64,000 nucleotides of DNA from [Archangium] primigenium (GTDB taxonomy: Bacteria > Myxococcota > Myxococcia > Myxococcales > Myxococcaceae): contig NZ_JADWYI010000001.1 in NCBI RefSeq assembly GCF_016904885.1, positions 7,305,224 to 7,369,223 of the forward strand. Direction: 5' to 3'. A model generated the notes under the pieces. It was not told where the DNA came from and made no database searches. It saw only the letters and a list, made by a program, of their open reading frames with translations. The position numbers were made by a program, and so were the translations under genes. How positions within the stretch are numbered: the stretch's first letter is position 1; every line of letters starts with the position of its first letter. Positions 28,063 to 37,353 of this stretch are shown one piece after another.

Positions 28063-29138
28063 CGGACGGCGTCGAGCCAGGAGCGCAGGGCCGGCTCCAC
28101 GTGGGACTCTCCCCGCACCCCGGGCTCCAAGTCGAGCTCCAGGGTGTGGAAGCCCCGCGCGCGGATGCCCTCCAGCAGCGCGGCCCGCTTCTGCGCGTCG
28201 GGGGCGAACAGGATGCACCCGTCCCCTCCCCCGGCGCCGGACTGCTTGCCCGCGCAGTCGTAGGACGCGGCGAGGCTCAGCACCCGCCGCATGGACTCGG
28301 TCTCCAGGGGGCCCAGTTCCAGCAAGAGCGCCTGCTGCTCGCGCACCGCCTCGGCGAAGGCGCGGAAGTCCCCGCCGCCCAGGCCGCGCTCGATCTCCTG
28401 GCCCACCGCGTCCGAGCGCCGCACGAAGTCCTGGCGGCCCGTCTCGCCCCACTTCGCCTCCACCTGGGAGATGAGCACGCGCGTCGAGGCGCTCTCCCCC
28501 GTGAAGGCATAACCCAGGGACACCTGGGGCGGAGGCAGCCGCCACACGTCCACCGACGGGGCGGCGTCCACCGCCGCGCGATAGCCCCCGGCGCTCGAGG
28601 CCTCGATGAGGCCGGACACGGGGTAGCGCCGGTAGCGCACCATGCCGCCCGCGTGACTCGTCGCCACGTCGCCGCCGCTGCCCTTGCCGTTCTGCTGCGC
28701 GGTGTGCGCCACGAGCGCCAGCTTGAGCGCGTCGAAGCGCTCCTCCAACACGAAGCGCACCGCGTCCGCCGCGAGCACCGTGGCGCACGCGCTGCCGCCC
28801 ATACCCAGCTTGAGGCCGTTGGGCCCCACCGCCGAGGGCGCCAGCGCCAGATCGAAGCCCACGCTCTCGCGCCCGTGCAGCCGCAGGGCCTCGTCGAGCG
28901 TGCGCGCCACGAAGGAGAAGCCCGGAGGCACCTCGCGCTCCCACTTCACGCCCAGGGGCGTGGTGCGGCCCGCGAGCGTGCCCTCCTCCAGGCACACGTG
29001 CACGCGGCTGTCCGGGCGACGGCGCACGAGCGCTCCCGTCCGGGGACCGATGGCCGCCACGCGCGACACGCCGCCCCACAGCACGGCGTACTCGCCCGAC
29101 ACGAACAGCTTTCCCGGGGCCGAGAGCGCGCGCTCCAT
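28059..29138 (-). CDS. mvaK2: phosphomevalonate kinase (GHMP kinase family)
   Basis: SAPGKLFVSGEYAVL N-terminal motif and a GHMP ATP-binding region (LKLGMGGSACATV). Confidence 0.7.
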   Translation of the reverse strand: MERALSAPGKLFVSGEYAVLWGGVSRVAAIGPRTGALVRRRPDSRVHVCLEEGTLAGRTTPLGVKWEREVPPGFSFVARTLDEALRLHGRESVGFDLALAPSAVGPNGLKLGMGGSACATVLAADAVRFVLEERFDALKLALVAHTAQQNGKGSGGDVATSHAGGMVRYRRYPVSGLIEASSAGGYRAAVDAAPSVDVWRLPPPQVSLGYAFTGESASTRVLISQVEAKWGETGRQDFVRRSDAVGQEIERGLGGGDFRAFAEAVREQQALLLELGPLETESMRRVLSLAASYDCAGKQSGAGGGDGCILFAPDAQKRAALLEGIRARGFHTLELDLEPGVRGESHVEPALRSWLDAVR

Positions 29139-30130
29139 CAGAACAGGTGCTCCTCGAGCAGCCGCGCGTCACCGCCCGGCACGCACCGCACCACCTCGGT
29201 GGCGCCGCAGGCGCGGGCCACGGCCTCGGCCGCCACCTCGTGGGCCGCGTCCGTGAGGATGCAGGGGTTGGGACCGGCGTCCAGGGTGAACCACACCGGC
29301 ACGCCCTTCTTGCGCTGCTCGCGCAGCGAGTGGATGAGCGCGAGCGTGGCCGGCATGAGGTAGCAGAGGGGCGGATCCGCCGCGAGCGACGTGGCGTGCA
29401 TCCGCCACGCGTTGCGCTCGCACATCTCGCCGAGCGCCTGCAAGTCCTTGCGCGCGATGTAGTCGCGGGCGTGCAGCACCTCGGCCTCGGCGTCCTTCGT
29501 CCACGCCGCGTAGTAGGGGCTCGTCTCCACGGCGTTCTTCATGCCGTCGCGCGACTTCACTTCCTTCTCGTCGCGGCTGACGATGGCCACCACCATGCGC
29601 AGCTCCGGCCAGTGCTTCTCGTCGAAGCGCTGCACCGCGTAGCTGTCCGTGCCATCCGGACGCTCGCCGCGCATCCACTCGCACAGGCCGCCCTGCACGC
29701 TGCGGCACGCCGAGCCGCTGCCCAGGCGCGCCAGGAGGCTCGCCGCGCGGGGGTCCGCCGGAAGGCCCGCCGCCGCGCGCGCCGCCACCGCGAGGGCCGC
29801 GAAGCCCGCCGCGCTGCTCGCCAGCCCCGCGGACGCCGGGAAGTCGCCGCGCGACACCATGCGCGCCGCCCCCAGCTTCTTGTCCTTGGCCTCGGCGCGC
29901 ACGTGGTCCAGCACGCGCAGCACGCGGTCCCGCTCGCTGCCCCGGGCCACGTAGCCGTTGAGCTCCACGGCGTCGGACTCGCCCACGCCGAAGGCCACGG
30001 ACGTGCGCACCGCCAGGGGCGAGAGCGTCAGCGACAGGCTCGACTGGTGGGGCAGGATGAGCGCGTCGTCGCGCTTGCCCCAGTACTTCACCAGCGCGAG
30101 GTTGGGATGCGCCAGGGCGGTGGCCTTCAT
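29138..30130 (-). CDS. mvaD: diphosphomevalonate decarboxylase
   Basis: AHPNLALVKYWGKRDDALILPHQSSLSLTL is the canonical MVD N-terminus. Confidence 0.8.
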   Translation of the reverse strand: MKATALAHPNLALVKYWGKRDDALILPHQSSLSLTLSPLAVRTSVAFGVGESDAVELNGYVARGSERDRVLRVLDHVRAEAKDKKLGAARMVSRGDFPASAGLASSAAGFAALAVAARAAAGLPADPRAASLLARLGSGSACRSVQGGLCEWMRGERPDGTDSYAVQRFDEKHWPELRMVVAIVSRDEKEVKSRDGMKNAVETSPYYAAWTKDAEAEVLHARDYIARKDLQALGEMCERNAWRMHATSLAADPPLCYLMPATLALIHSLREQRKKGVPVWFTLDAGPNPCILTDAAHEVAAEAVARACGATEVVRCVPGGDARLLEEHLF

Positions 30131-31080
30131 GCCGCGCCCCGCGCGCCCTCGGAGCGAGGCCCCGCGAGCTGGCTGTCGAAGCAGCGGTAGCCCTGACGGG
30201 TCAGCTCGTGCACCACCGGCTCCGTCTCGGGGAACAGGCCGATCACCGCGCCGCCATCACCGCCGGCGCCCGTGAGCTTGGCGCCCAGCGCGCCCATGCC
30301 GCGCAGCCGGTGCACCATGTCGTCCAGGCCCGGCGAGGACAGGCCCAGCGCCGCGAGCAGGCCGTGGTTGACGTTCATCACGTCCCCCAGCCCCTCCAGG
30401 TCGCCCTCCTCCACCGCCTCGGCGCCCTCGGAGGCCAACAGGCCGATCTCCCGGAAGACGCGCTGGTAGCGATCCGACCAGCGCTTCTGGCGCTCGCGCA
30501 GCGCGCCCACGGTCGTCTTCGTGGGGCTGCGCGCGCCGGCCATCACCACCACCAGCCGCACCGGCTTGGGGCTCTCCACCACCTTGGCCCGGCCCGTCTC
30601 GGCGCCCGGCTTGCGGCGGTAGAGGATGAGCTGCTCCATGGTGCTCGTCGTGTGATCCACCCCGGACGGCGTGCCGTGGAACTCCTGCTCCATCTCCCAG
30701 GCCACGCTGGCGACCTCGGCCGGCGAGCCCTTGCGCCCGGCGGCCTGCAGGAGCACCCGCGCGCACGCCACCGACAGGGCGCCGGAGCTGCCCAGGCCCA
30801 TGGACAGGGGCAGGTCCGTGTTGAACGTCACCTTGACGCCCGGCTCGTCACACACCGCCATGGCGCGGCCGAACGCGGCCTTGAGCACCTTGCGCTGCTC
30901 GGGCATCAGCGCGTCCGGAATGACGAGCTGGCACTTGTTGGACGCCTCGCCCCGCGCCGTCACGCCGCGCGAGAGCGGGCCGGCCAGCGCCGGGTAGCCG
31001 TACACCACGCTGTGCTCGCCCAGCAGGATGACCTTGCCGGCACCAAAACCCACGAAACCGCTGTTCTTGTCCATCGTCAT
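30127..31080 (-). CDS. mvaK1: mevalonate kinase
   Basis: GKVILLGEHSVVYGYPALA motif and GHMP motif LSMGLGSSGALSVA. ATGA overlap with HMGR. Confidence 0.75.
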   Translation of the reverse strand: MTMDKNSGFVGFGAGKVILLGEHSVVYGYPALAGPLSRGVTARGEASNKCQLVIPDALMPEQRKVLKAAFGRAMAVCDEPGVKVTFNTDLPLSMGLGSSGALSVACARVLLQAAGRKGSPAEVASVAWEMEQEFHGTPSGVDHTTSTMEQLILYRRKPGAETGRAKVVESPKPVRLVVVMAGARSPTKTTVGALRERQKRWSDRYQRVFREIGLLASEGAEAVEEGDLEGLGDVMNVNHGLLAALGLSSPGLDDMVHRLRGMGALGAKLTGAGGDGGAVIGLFPETEPVVHELTRQGYRCFDSQLAGPRSEGARGAA

Positions 31081-32408
31081 CAACCCTCGGTCCCCGTGGC
31101 CGCGCGGAAGTCCTCTTCCGACAGCGAGGCGATGAGTTCCCGGGCCTTCTCCACCTTCACGTGTCCCGCGGTCACCAGCAGCTCGGCGATCTTCTCCACC
31201 CAGTCACCGCGCGCGCCCGCCGTCACCGCCACGCACCGGGCATGCAGCGCCATGTGGCCCTTCTGGATGCCGATGGAGCCCAGGGCGCGCACCGCCGCGA
31301 AGTTCTGCGCCAGGCCCACCGCGGCGAAGATCATGGACAGCTCGCGCGCCGAGGTGATGTTGAGGATCTTCATGTTCACCTGGACGCCGGGGTGCACCTT
31401 GATGGGGCCGCCCACCGTGCCCAGCGCCATGGGCAGCTCGATGCGGCCCACGAGGAAGCCCTCGTCCACGTGCCACGTGGACAGCGGCCGGTACTGCCCG
31501 TCGCGGCACGCGAAGGCGTGGGCGCCCGCCTCGATGGCGCGCCAGTCCTGACCCGCGGCGATGGCCGCCGAGTCGATGCCGTTCATGATGCCCTTGTTGT
31601 GCGTGGCCGCCCGGTAGGGGTCCGCCAGCGCGAAGCGGCTCGCCTGATAGATGCCCTCGGCGATGACCGAGCCCGGCATGTCGAAGTCGGCGAGCGCCTC
31701 CAGCGGGATGCGGCACGTGGCGCGCGCGAGCCGACGGTCGGCCAGGTTGGACAGGATGCGCAGGAAGACCTTGCCGCCGGTGAGCTGCTCGATGAGCGGC
31801 GCCACGCCCTCGGCCATGGTGTTGATGAGGTTGGCCCCCATGGCGTCCTGGGTGTCGATGATGAGGTGCACCACGAGCAGGGGCTCGCCGCGCGGACCCT
31901 CGGGCGCCGGCAGCACGCGCACCTGGATGTCCCGGCAGCCTCCGCCGCGCTTCACCATGGACGGGTGGAAGCTGTTGGCCAGCGCCAGCAGCGCCTCGCG
32001 CGCGGCGTAGATCTTCCGGGTCGCCTCGGTGGGGTCGCCGTAGCCGGTGAGCTGCACCTGGCCCACCATGATGGGCTCATCGGTCTCGGCGCTGAAGCCG
32101 CCCGACTCGCGGACGATCTTCGAGGCGAAGGACACCGCGGCCACCACCGACGGCTCCTCCACCGCCATGGGCACGAGGTAGTCCTTGCCGTTGACCTGGA
32201 GGTTGAGCCCCAGGCCCAGCGGCAGCGAGAACGTGCCCACGGCGTTCTCGATCATCTGGTTGGCCAGGCCGGGCTGCAGCGCGCCAATGCCCTGCAGTTG
32301 TGCCAGGTCCGCGTCGTCCAGGCCCAGCATCTGCGCCAGCTTCTCGTGCCGGGCCACCATGGACAGCTTGTGGAACCCCGCCAACCGGGACGTCAACGTT
32401 TCGGACAT
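31080..32408 (-). CDS. mvaA: HMG-CoA reductase (class I-like catalytic domain)
   Basis: ENAVGTFSLPLGLGLNLQVNGKDYLVPMAVEEPSVVAAVS and DAMGANLINTMAEG. Start MSETLTSRL with GGAG 10 nt upstream. The longer upstream frame is junk. Confidence 0.8.
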   Translation of the reverse strand: MSETLTSRLAGFHKLSMVARHEKLAQMLGLDDADLAQLQGIGALQPGLANQMIENAVGTFSLPLGLGLNLQVNGKDYLVPMAVEEPSVVAAVSFASKIVRESGGFSAETDEPIMVGQVQLTGYGDPTEATRKIYAAREALLALANSFHPSMVKRGGGCRDIQVRVLPAPEGPRGEPLLVVHLIIDTQDAMGANLINTMAEGVAPLIEQLTGGKVFLRILSNLADRRLARATCRIPLEALADFDMPGSVIAEGIYQASRFALADPYRAATHNKGIMNGIDSAAIAAGQDWRAIEAGAHAFACRDGQYRPLSTWHVDEGFLVGRIELPMALGTVGGPIKVHPGVQVNMKILNITSARELSMIFAAVGLAQNFAAVRALGSIGIQKGHMALHARCVAVTAGARGDWVEKIAELLVTAGHVKVEKARELIASLSEEDFRAATGTEG

Positions 32409-32458
32409 GATCTGTTCTTCTCCACGGAGGTGCGTCGCGCGCACCGCTCGGACAATTC

Positions 32459-33514
32459 CTACAGTGTCGCGAGCCAATCCTTCAACTGGCCCACGATGAT
32501 TCGAGGCCGGCGCTGCAATTCCACGCAGGACGCACTGCCCGTCAGAACGAGGGCCTGTCGCAATCCTGACAGGATCACGCCGAGCGCGCGCTCGGCCCCC
32601 TCCAGCCCTCCTGCCTGCTGGGCACGGAAGAGCGGCAGCGCCATGCCGGCCACGTTGGCGCCCAGGGCGATCACCTTGGCCGCGTCCAGGCCCGTGCGCA
32701 GGCCGCCGGAGGCCACCAGCCGGGGCTCGGGACCCACGGCGCGCCGCACCGAGGCGATGGCCGCGGCGGTGGGGATGCCCCAACTGGAGAACTCGGCGCC
32801 CACTTCGGCCTGGATGCCCGAGGCGCGCAGCTGCTCCACGCGCACCCAGGACGTGCCGCCGAGCCCCGAGACGTCCACGTTGTGCACGCCCAGCTCCACC
32901 AGCCGACGCGCCACCTCGGGACCGATGCCGCAGCCCGTCTCCTTCACGAGCAGGCGCGCGCCGAAGGCCTTCACCAGCGCCTCCACGATCGTGTAGCCGC
33001 CCCGGAAGTCGCGGTCGCCCTCGGGCTGGGTCAATTCCTGGCCGGCGTTGAGGTGCAGCGCCATGCCGTCGGCGCCGATGGCGTCCGCCAGCCGCCGCAC
33101 GCCGTCCACGCCGATCTGCACCGCCTGGTACAGGCCGATGTTGCCCAGCAGCGGCACCGTGGGCGCCACCTGCCGCACCTGGAAGGTGCTCCCCAGATCG
33201 GGCTTCTCCGCCATGGCGCGCTGGCTGCCCACGCCGAAGGCCAGGCCGTGCCGCTCGGCCAGCAGCGCCAGGTCCCGGTTCACCACCCCGGCGCGCTCGG
33301 TCCCACCCGTCATGCCGGTGATGAGCAGCGGATGGCGCAGCCGCTTGCCGAGGAACTCCGTGGACAGGTCCACGTCCTCCACGGCCATCTCCGGCATCGC
33401 GCAGTGCACGAGCCGCACATCCTCCAGCAGCGTGCTGTTGCCCGCCGGCTCGACGTCGCCCGTCGCGCAGAGGTCAAGGTGGGCGTCCTTCCGCTTCGCC
33501 GTCGCCTCTTCCAT
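32459..33514 (-). CDS. fni: type 2 isopentenyl-diphosphate isomerase (FMN-dependent)
   Basis: RKDAHLDL N-terminal motif and TIM-barrel FMN-binding segments (ASGGLRTGLDAAKVIALGANVAGMA). Start chosen at MEEATAKRKDAHL. Confidence 0.8.
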   Translation of the reverse strand: MEEATAKRKDAHLDLCATGDVEPAGNSTLLEDVRLVHCAMPEMAVEDVDLSTEFLGKRLRHPLLITGMTGGTERAGVVNRDLALLAERHGLAFGVGSQRAMAEKPDLGSTFQVRQVAPTVPLLGNIGLYQAVQIGVDGVRRLADAIGADGMALHLNAGQELTQPEGDRDFRGGYTIVEALVKAFGARLLVKETGCGIGPEVARRLVELGVHNVDVSGLGGTSWVRVEQLRASGIQAEVGAEFSSWGIPTAAAIASVRRAVGPEPRLVASGGLRTGLDAAKVIALGANVAGMALPLFRAQQAGGLEGAERALGVILSGLRQALVLTGSASCVELQRRPRIIVGQLKDWLATL

Positions 33515-33691
33515 CTCGTCCCGCCTGCCCTCTGTCCGAGCCATCTGTCTGGAAAAATGCAAGAACGCCAAGATTATCCGACCACACGTGTGCCTAGCAA
33601 GGAGGCACTACCGGCGCAAGCCACGACTCCTTGTCGCATGAAGGCGCCCCGCCGGTGGACGCGTCCGTGACACGACGGTAAGGAGGGCGCC

Positions 33692-34102
33692 GTGAACGCT
33701 CCCGCATCCAAGGTGGCCGTCTTCCTCCACAGCGGCGACTACGACCGCGTGCACCAGGGACTGGCCATCGCCGCGGCGGCCGTGGCGTCGGGGCGGCGCG
33801 CGGAGGTGTACCTCTTCTGGTGGGCCCTGGAGCGCTTCCTCCAGGGGCGGCTGGACGCGCCCGACTTCCACCCCCCGCGCGAGGACGTGGCGGATCGCTT
33901 CGAGACGCGCCGCATCCCCACGTTGCGCGAGTTGCTGGAGCACCTGGCGGACTCGGGGCTGTGCACCATCCAGGGGTGCACGGGCTCGCTGGGGGCACTG
34001 GGCGCCGAGCGCTCGACCGAGGGCGCGCCCATCGACGGCTGGGTGGGCTGGAGCGCCATCCTGCAGCGCACCGCGGGCGTGGTGGACCGCTTCTACCTGT
34101 GA
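33692..34102 (+). CDS. DsrE/DsrF-like sulfur-relay family protein
   Basis: KVAVFLHSGDYDRVHQGLAIAAAAVASGRRAEVYLFWWAL is a DsrE-like fold signature. AAGGAGG RBS. Confidence 0.5.
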   Translation: MNAPASKVAVFLHSGDYDRVHQGLAIAAAAVASGRRAEVYLFWWALERFLQGRLDAPDFHPPREDVADRFETRRIPTLRELLEHLADSGLCTIQGCTGSLGALGAERSTEGAPIDGWVGWSAILQRTAGVVDRFYL

Positions 34103-34190
34103 GGGCCGCCGCCGCCATTTGACGTGTCCTTTCGCCTGCTTAGGTTGGTTCCAGAACCAAGCAACGGGAAAGGAAAGTCGAGGCGTGTCC

Positions 34191-35123
34191 ATGAGCGCGG
34201 GTGACAAGCGCATCTCCGAGAATTGGGGCCACCGGCTGAGCAACGCGTTGAAGACGACCGTGCTGCTGGCGGGTCTCACGGCGCTGCTGTTGTGGGTGGG
34301 TGCCCGGCTGGGCGGGCCGCAGGGCCTCGTCATCGCGGGCGTCTTCGTCGTGGTGATGAACTTCGGCTCGTACTGGTTCAGCGACCGCATCGCCCTGGCC
34401 ATGCACGGGGCGCGGCCGGTGGCGTACGCGGATGCGCCCTGGCTGCACCAGATGGTGGAGCGGCTGGCCGCGCGCGCGGGCATTCCCAAGCCCCAGGTGT
34501 ACGTGCTGCCCACCCGGACGCCCAACGCGTTCGCCACGGGCCGCAGCCCCGCGCACGCCGCGGTGGCCGTGACCGAGGGCATCGTGGAGATCCTCGACCG
34601 GCGGGAGCTCGAGGGGGTGCTCGCGCACGAGATTGGCCACGTGAAGAACCGCGACACGCTCATCGGCACCGTGGCGGCCACGATCGCGGGCGTCATCAGC
34701 TACGCGGCGCAGTCGCTCTTCTGGTTCGGCGGCTCGCTGCTCAGCCGCGACGACGAGGAGGACGGCCTGGGCCACGCGCTCGGCAACCTGGGCGTGCTGC
34801 TGGTGGCCCCCCTCGCGGCCACGCTCCTGCAGCTCGCGGTGAGCCGCTCGCGGGAGTATGGGGCGGACGCCACGGGCGCCGAGCTGTGCGGGGATCCGGA
34901 CGCGCTCGCCGACGCGCTGATGAAGCTGGAGCGGGGCGCGGAGCTGATGCCCTACGACCGGGCGCCGGCCACCTCGCACCTGTTCATCGTCAACCCGCTG
35001 TCCGGCGGCGCCATCATGGGGCTGTTCTCCACGCACCCGCCCATGGACGAGCGGGTGCGGCGCCTGCGCGCGATGAGCGCCCCGCGCGGTGGAGGCCGCG
35101 CCTGGCGCAGCGCCTGGGCGTGA
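34191..35123 (+). CDS. htpX: zinc metalloprotease HtpX (M48)
   Basis: HEIGHV zinc motif (HExxH), two N-terminal TM segments, and EYGADATGAELCGDP. Confidence 0.8.
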   Translation: MSAGDKRISENWGHRLSNALKTTVLLAGLTALLLWVGARLGGPQGLVIAGVFVVVMNFGSYWFSDRIALAMHGARPVAYADAPWLHQMVERLAARAGIPKPQVYVLPTRTPNAFATGRSPAHAAVAVTEGIVEILDRRELEGVLAHEIGHVKNRDTLIGTVAATIAGVISYAAQSLFWFGGSLLSRDDEEDGLGHALGNLGVLLVAPLAATLLQLAVSRSREYGADATGAELCGDPDALADALMKLERGAELMPYDRAPATSHLFIVNPLSGGAIMGLFSTHPPMDERVRRLRAMSAPRGGGRAWRSAWA

Positions 35124-35144
35124 GGCTCCGCCCCTAGACCGCCC

Positions 35145-36023
35145 CTACCCCGCCACCGCGAGCGGGGTGGGGGCATCCTTCTGGGCGGGCACCTCGTCGA
35201 GCGGATCGAAGTGCGCGAAGGGGTCCTCCAGGAGCTCGCGCAGCGTCTTGGACAGGATGGCGGCGTGCAGGCCGTCGATGAAGCGGTGATCGAACGTGGC
35301 GTTGATGTTCATCACCTTGCCGGGCACCACCTGGCCGTTCTCCACCACGGGCGCGTCCTTCACCGCGCCCGGCGCGATGAGGATGGGCACGCGCGAGTAG
35401 GGCACGAGCGGCACGTAGGCCGTGTCCAGGCCCAGCGAGCCGATGTTGGTGAGGATGGCCGAGCCGAACGCGTCATGGGGCATGCCCGCCCAGCGCATGT
35501 CCCAGTTGAGCGTGTACATGAAGAAGGACATGAGCCAGGTGAAGAGGTTGAGCAGCGGGTAGGGCACCTTCTGCACCGTGCCCTTGCCCTTCTCCATCAT
35601 GGAGTCCTTGCGCTCGCGCACCCGCTGGAACGCCAGCTCCATCTCCGTGGCGATGTCCCGCAGGCTCTTCTGCTCCGCGTCGTCGACCTTCGCCGAGCTC
35701 AGGTCCACCTTGCCGCCGTCCGTCTGCACCACCAGCATGGAGATGGTGATGCGCTTGCGCAGGTAGATCTTGTTGAAGCGCAGGATGGCGTTGGCCTCGG
35801 GGCAGCGGCGCAGCGCCTCCGCCATGGCCTTGGCCACCAGGTGGGTCACCGTCAGGCGGATGCCCGTCTTCTGGCGGAAGGCCTCGATGTAGGCCAGGGC
35901 CTTCTCCATGCGCAGCGTCATCGTCCCGTACACCGTCGGGTCGTACGCCGTCTTCCAGCTGCCAATGGCGAGCTTGCGGAAGCTGGAAATGTTGTCCTTC
36001 GGGGTGAGCTCCAGGTGCGCCAT
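35145..36023 (-). CDS. 2-oxoacid dehydrogenase E2-type acyltransferase catalytic-domain protein (no lipoyl domain)
   Basis: C-terminal DHRFIDGLHAAILSKTL (catalytic His motif of the E2/CAT fold). Confidence 0.5.
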   Translation of the reverse strand: MAHLELTPKDNISSFRKLAIGSWKTAYDPTVYGTMTLRMEKALAYIEAFRQKTGIRLTVTHLVAKAMAEALRRCPEANAILRFNKIYLRKRITISMLVVQTDGGKVDLSSAKVDDAEQKSLRDIATEMELAFQRVRERKDSMMEKGKGTVQKVPYPLLNLFTWLMSFFMYTLNWDMRWAGMPHDAFGSAILTNIGSLGLDTAYVPLVPYSRVPILIAPGAVKDAPVVENGQVVPGKVMNINATFDHRFIDGLHAAILSKTLRELLEDPFAHFDPLDEVPAQKDAPTPLAVAG

Positions 36024-36242
36024 GAGGCGGGGGTTCCTCCGAGACGAGAGCGGAGCCCGGAGCATCGCGTGTTCCGCCGCCCGGAGATAGCCCCCCACCC
36101 AAGCCGCGCCGCGTCATCCCAGGGCGACCCCCCGGCGAGCGTCCGGCCCGTCCCCAGGAGGGCGAGCGACGACTCCTATTGACGTCCCCCCGGCCGACGT
36201 TAGGCTGCGCCGCTTTTTGCATTGTCCCTGGAGATCCCCCTC

Positions 36243-37310
36243 GTGCTGGAAATACTCCTCGTCGCCGTCTCGATCGGCTTTCTGACCACGCTTGGCCTCT
36301 TGATTTTCCGCAAGGCCCCGGACGCGCCCGCCCTGCCCGCCTCCTCCTCGTCCTCCTCCCGGAGCGACGCGGCCGAGTCCGAGGCGAAGGCGCGTGCGCG
36401 ACTGGAGTCGGAGGTCGAGCGCAAGAACAAGGAGCTGAGCGAGCAGCGCACTCAGTTGCAGGAGGTCAAGGAGCAGCTCAAGCAGGCCAAGCGCAAGAAC
36501 TACGATCAGAAGGAGTCCGAGAAGGGCGAGCGGGAGCTGGCGCGCGCGCGCGCCGACGTGGAGCGCGGCGCGTCCCTGCAGCTCGAGGCCGTCCGGGGCG
36601 AGCTGTCCCAGGCCGAGTCGGAGCTGTCCCGCCTGCGCTCGGAGCTGGAGCTGGCCCGGGGCAACCGCCGCGCCGCCCCCGCCCCGGCCCCCGCCCCCGT
36701 GGCCCCCACCCCCGCGCCCGTGGTGCCGACCCAGCAGTTGTCCGCGCCCGCCCAGCCCGGCGAGACCGTGGTGGCCGCCGCCACGACCGTGACGCCCAAC
36801 GCCTCGGCCGAGGCCCCCGCCGCCGACAAGGGCCCCCGCCGCTACCGGGAGCTCAACGACGCGGACCGCGAGAAGATGGAGCGGCTGGAGACCACGGCCA
36901 ACAAGGAGCGCACCCGCGCCTCCGAGCTGGAGCGCGAGCTCAAGCGCATCAAGGGCCGCGCCGACTCGCAGCAGCGCATCTTCTCCGCCGGCTCGCGTGA
37001 GCTGGACCTGGTGAAGGACAAGTACAAGGCGCTGGAGAAGCGACTCAACCGCACCCTGCTGGAGCGCGACCTGCTGCGCCGCGCCATCAAGGACCTGGAG
37101 AAGAAGACGGGCATGCTCGCCGAGCGCACGGAGCTGACGCCGGACGAGATGGCCGCCAGCGACCGCAAGGTGGAGGAGGCCACCCAGGCCCGCGCCGCCG
37201 CCGAGGCCGCGCAGCAGCAGGCCGCCGCCGCCGCCGAGCCCCAGGCCGCCGCCACCGAGCCGGCCCCGTCCTCCGAGGCCCCCGCCGAGGAGAAGCCCGC
37301 GACGACGTAG
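36243..37310 (+). CDS. membrane-anchored coiled-coil protein, Pro/Ala-rich linker
   Basis: GTG start 10 nt after GGAG gives an N-terminal TM helix (VLEILLVAVSIGFLTTLGLLIF), followed by about 300 aa of charged coiled coil. Confidence 0.5.
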   Translation: MLEILLVAVSIGFLTTLGLLIFRKAPDAPALPASSSSSSRSDAAESEAKARARLESEVERKNKELSEQRTQLQEVKEQLKQAKRKNYDQKESEKGERELARARADVERGASLQLEAVRGELSQAESELSRLRSELELARGNRRAAPAPAPAPVAPTPAPVVPTQQLSAPAQPGETVVAAATTVTPNASAEAPAADKGPRRYRELNDADREKMERLETTANKERTRASELERELKRIKGRADSQQRIFSAGSRELDLVKDKYKALEKRLNRTLLERDLLRRAIKDLEKKTGMLAERTELTPDEMAASDRKVEEATQARAAAEAAQQQAAAAAEPQAAATEPAPSSEAPAEEKPATT

Positions 37311-37316
37311 TTCCCC

Positions 37317-37347
37317 GCTGGCTCGCTCCTTCCGCGGAAGGAGCGAG
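37317..37347. terminator. bidirectional hairpin between convergent genes
   Basis: GGCTCGCTCCTTCC-GCG-GAAGGAGCGAGCC, a perfect 14-bp inverted repeat. Confidence 0.6.
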
Positions 37348-37353
37348 CCGCGC

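Noticed and set aside
28063-29172. N-terminal 370 aa of the 660-aa ORF 27190-29172
   Set aside because: Overlaps the phosphomevalonate kinase gene in another frame. The real DUF4846 gene starts at the signal-peptide Met at 28062.
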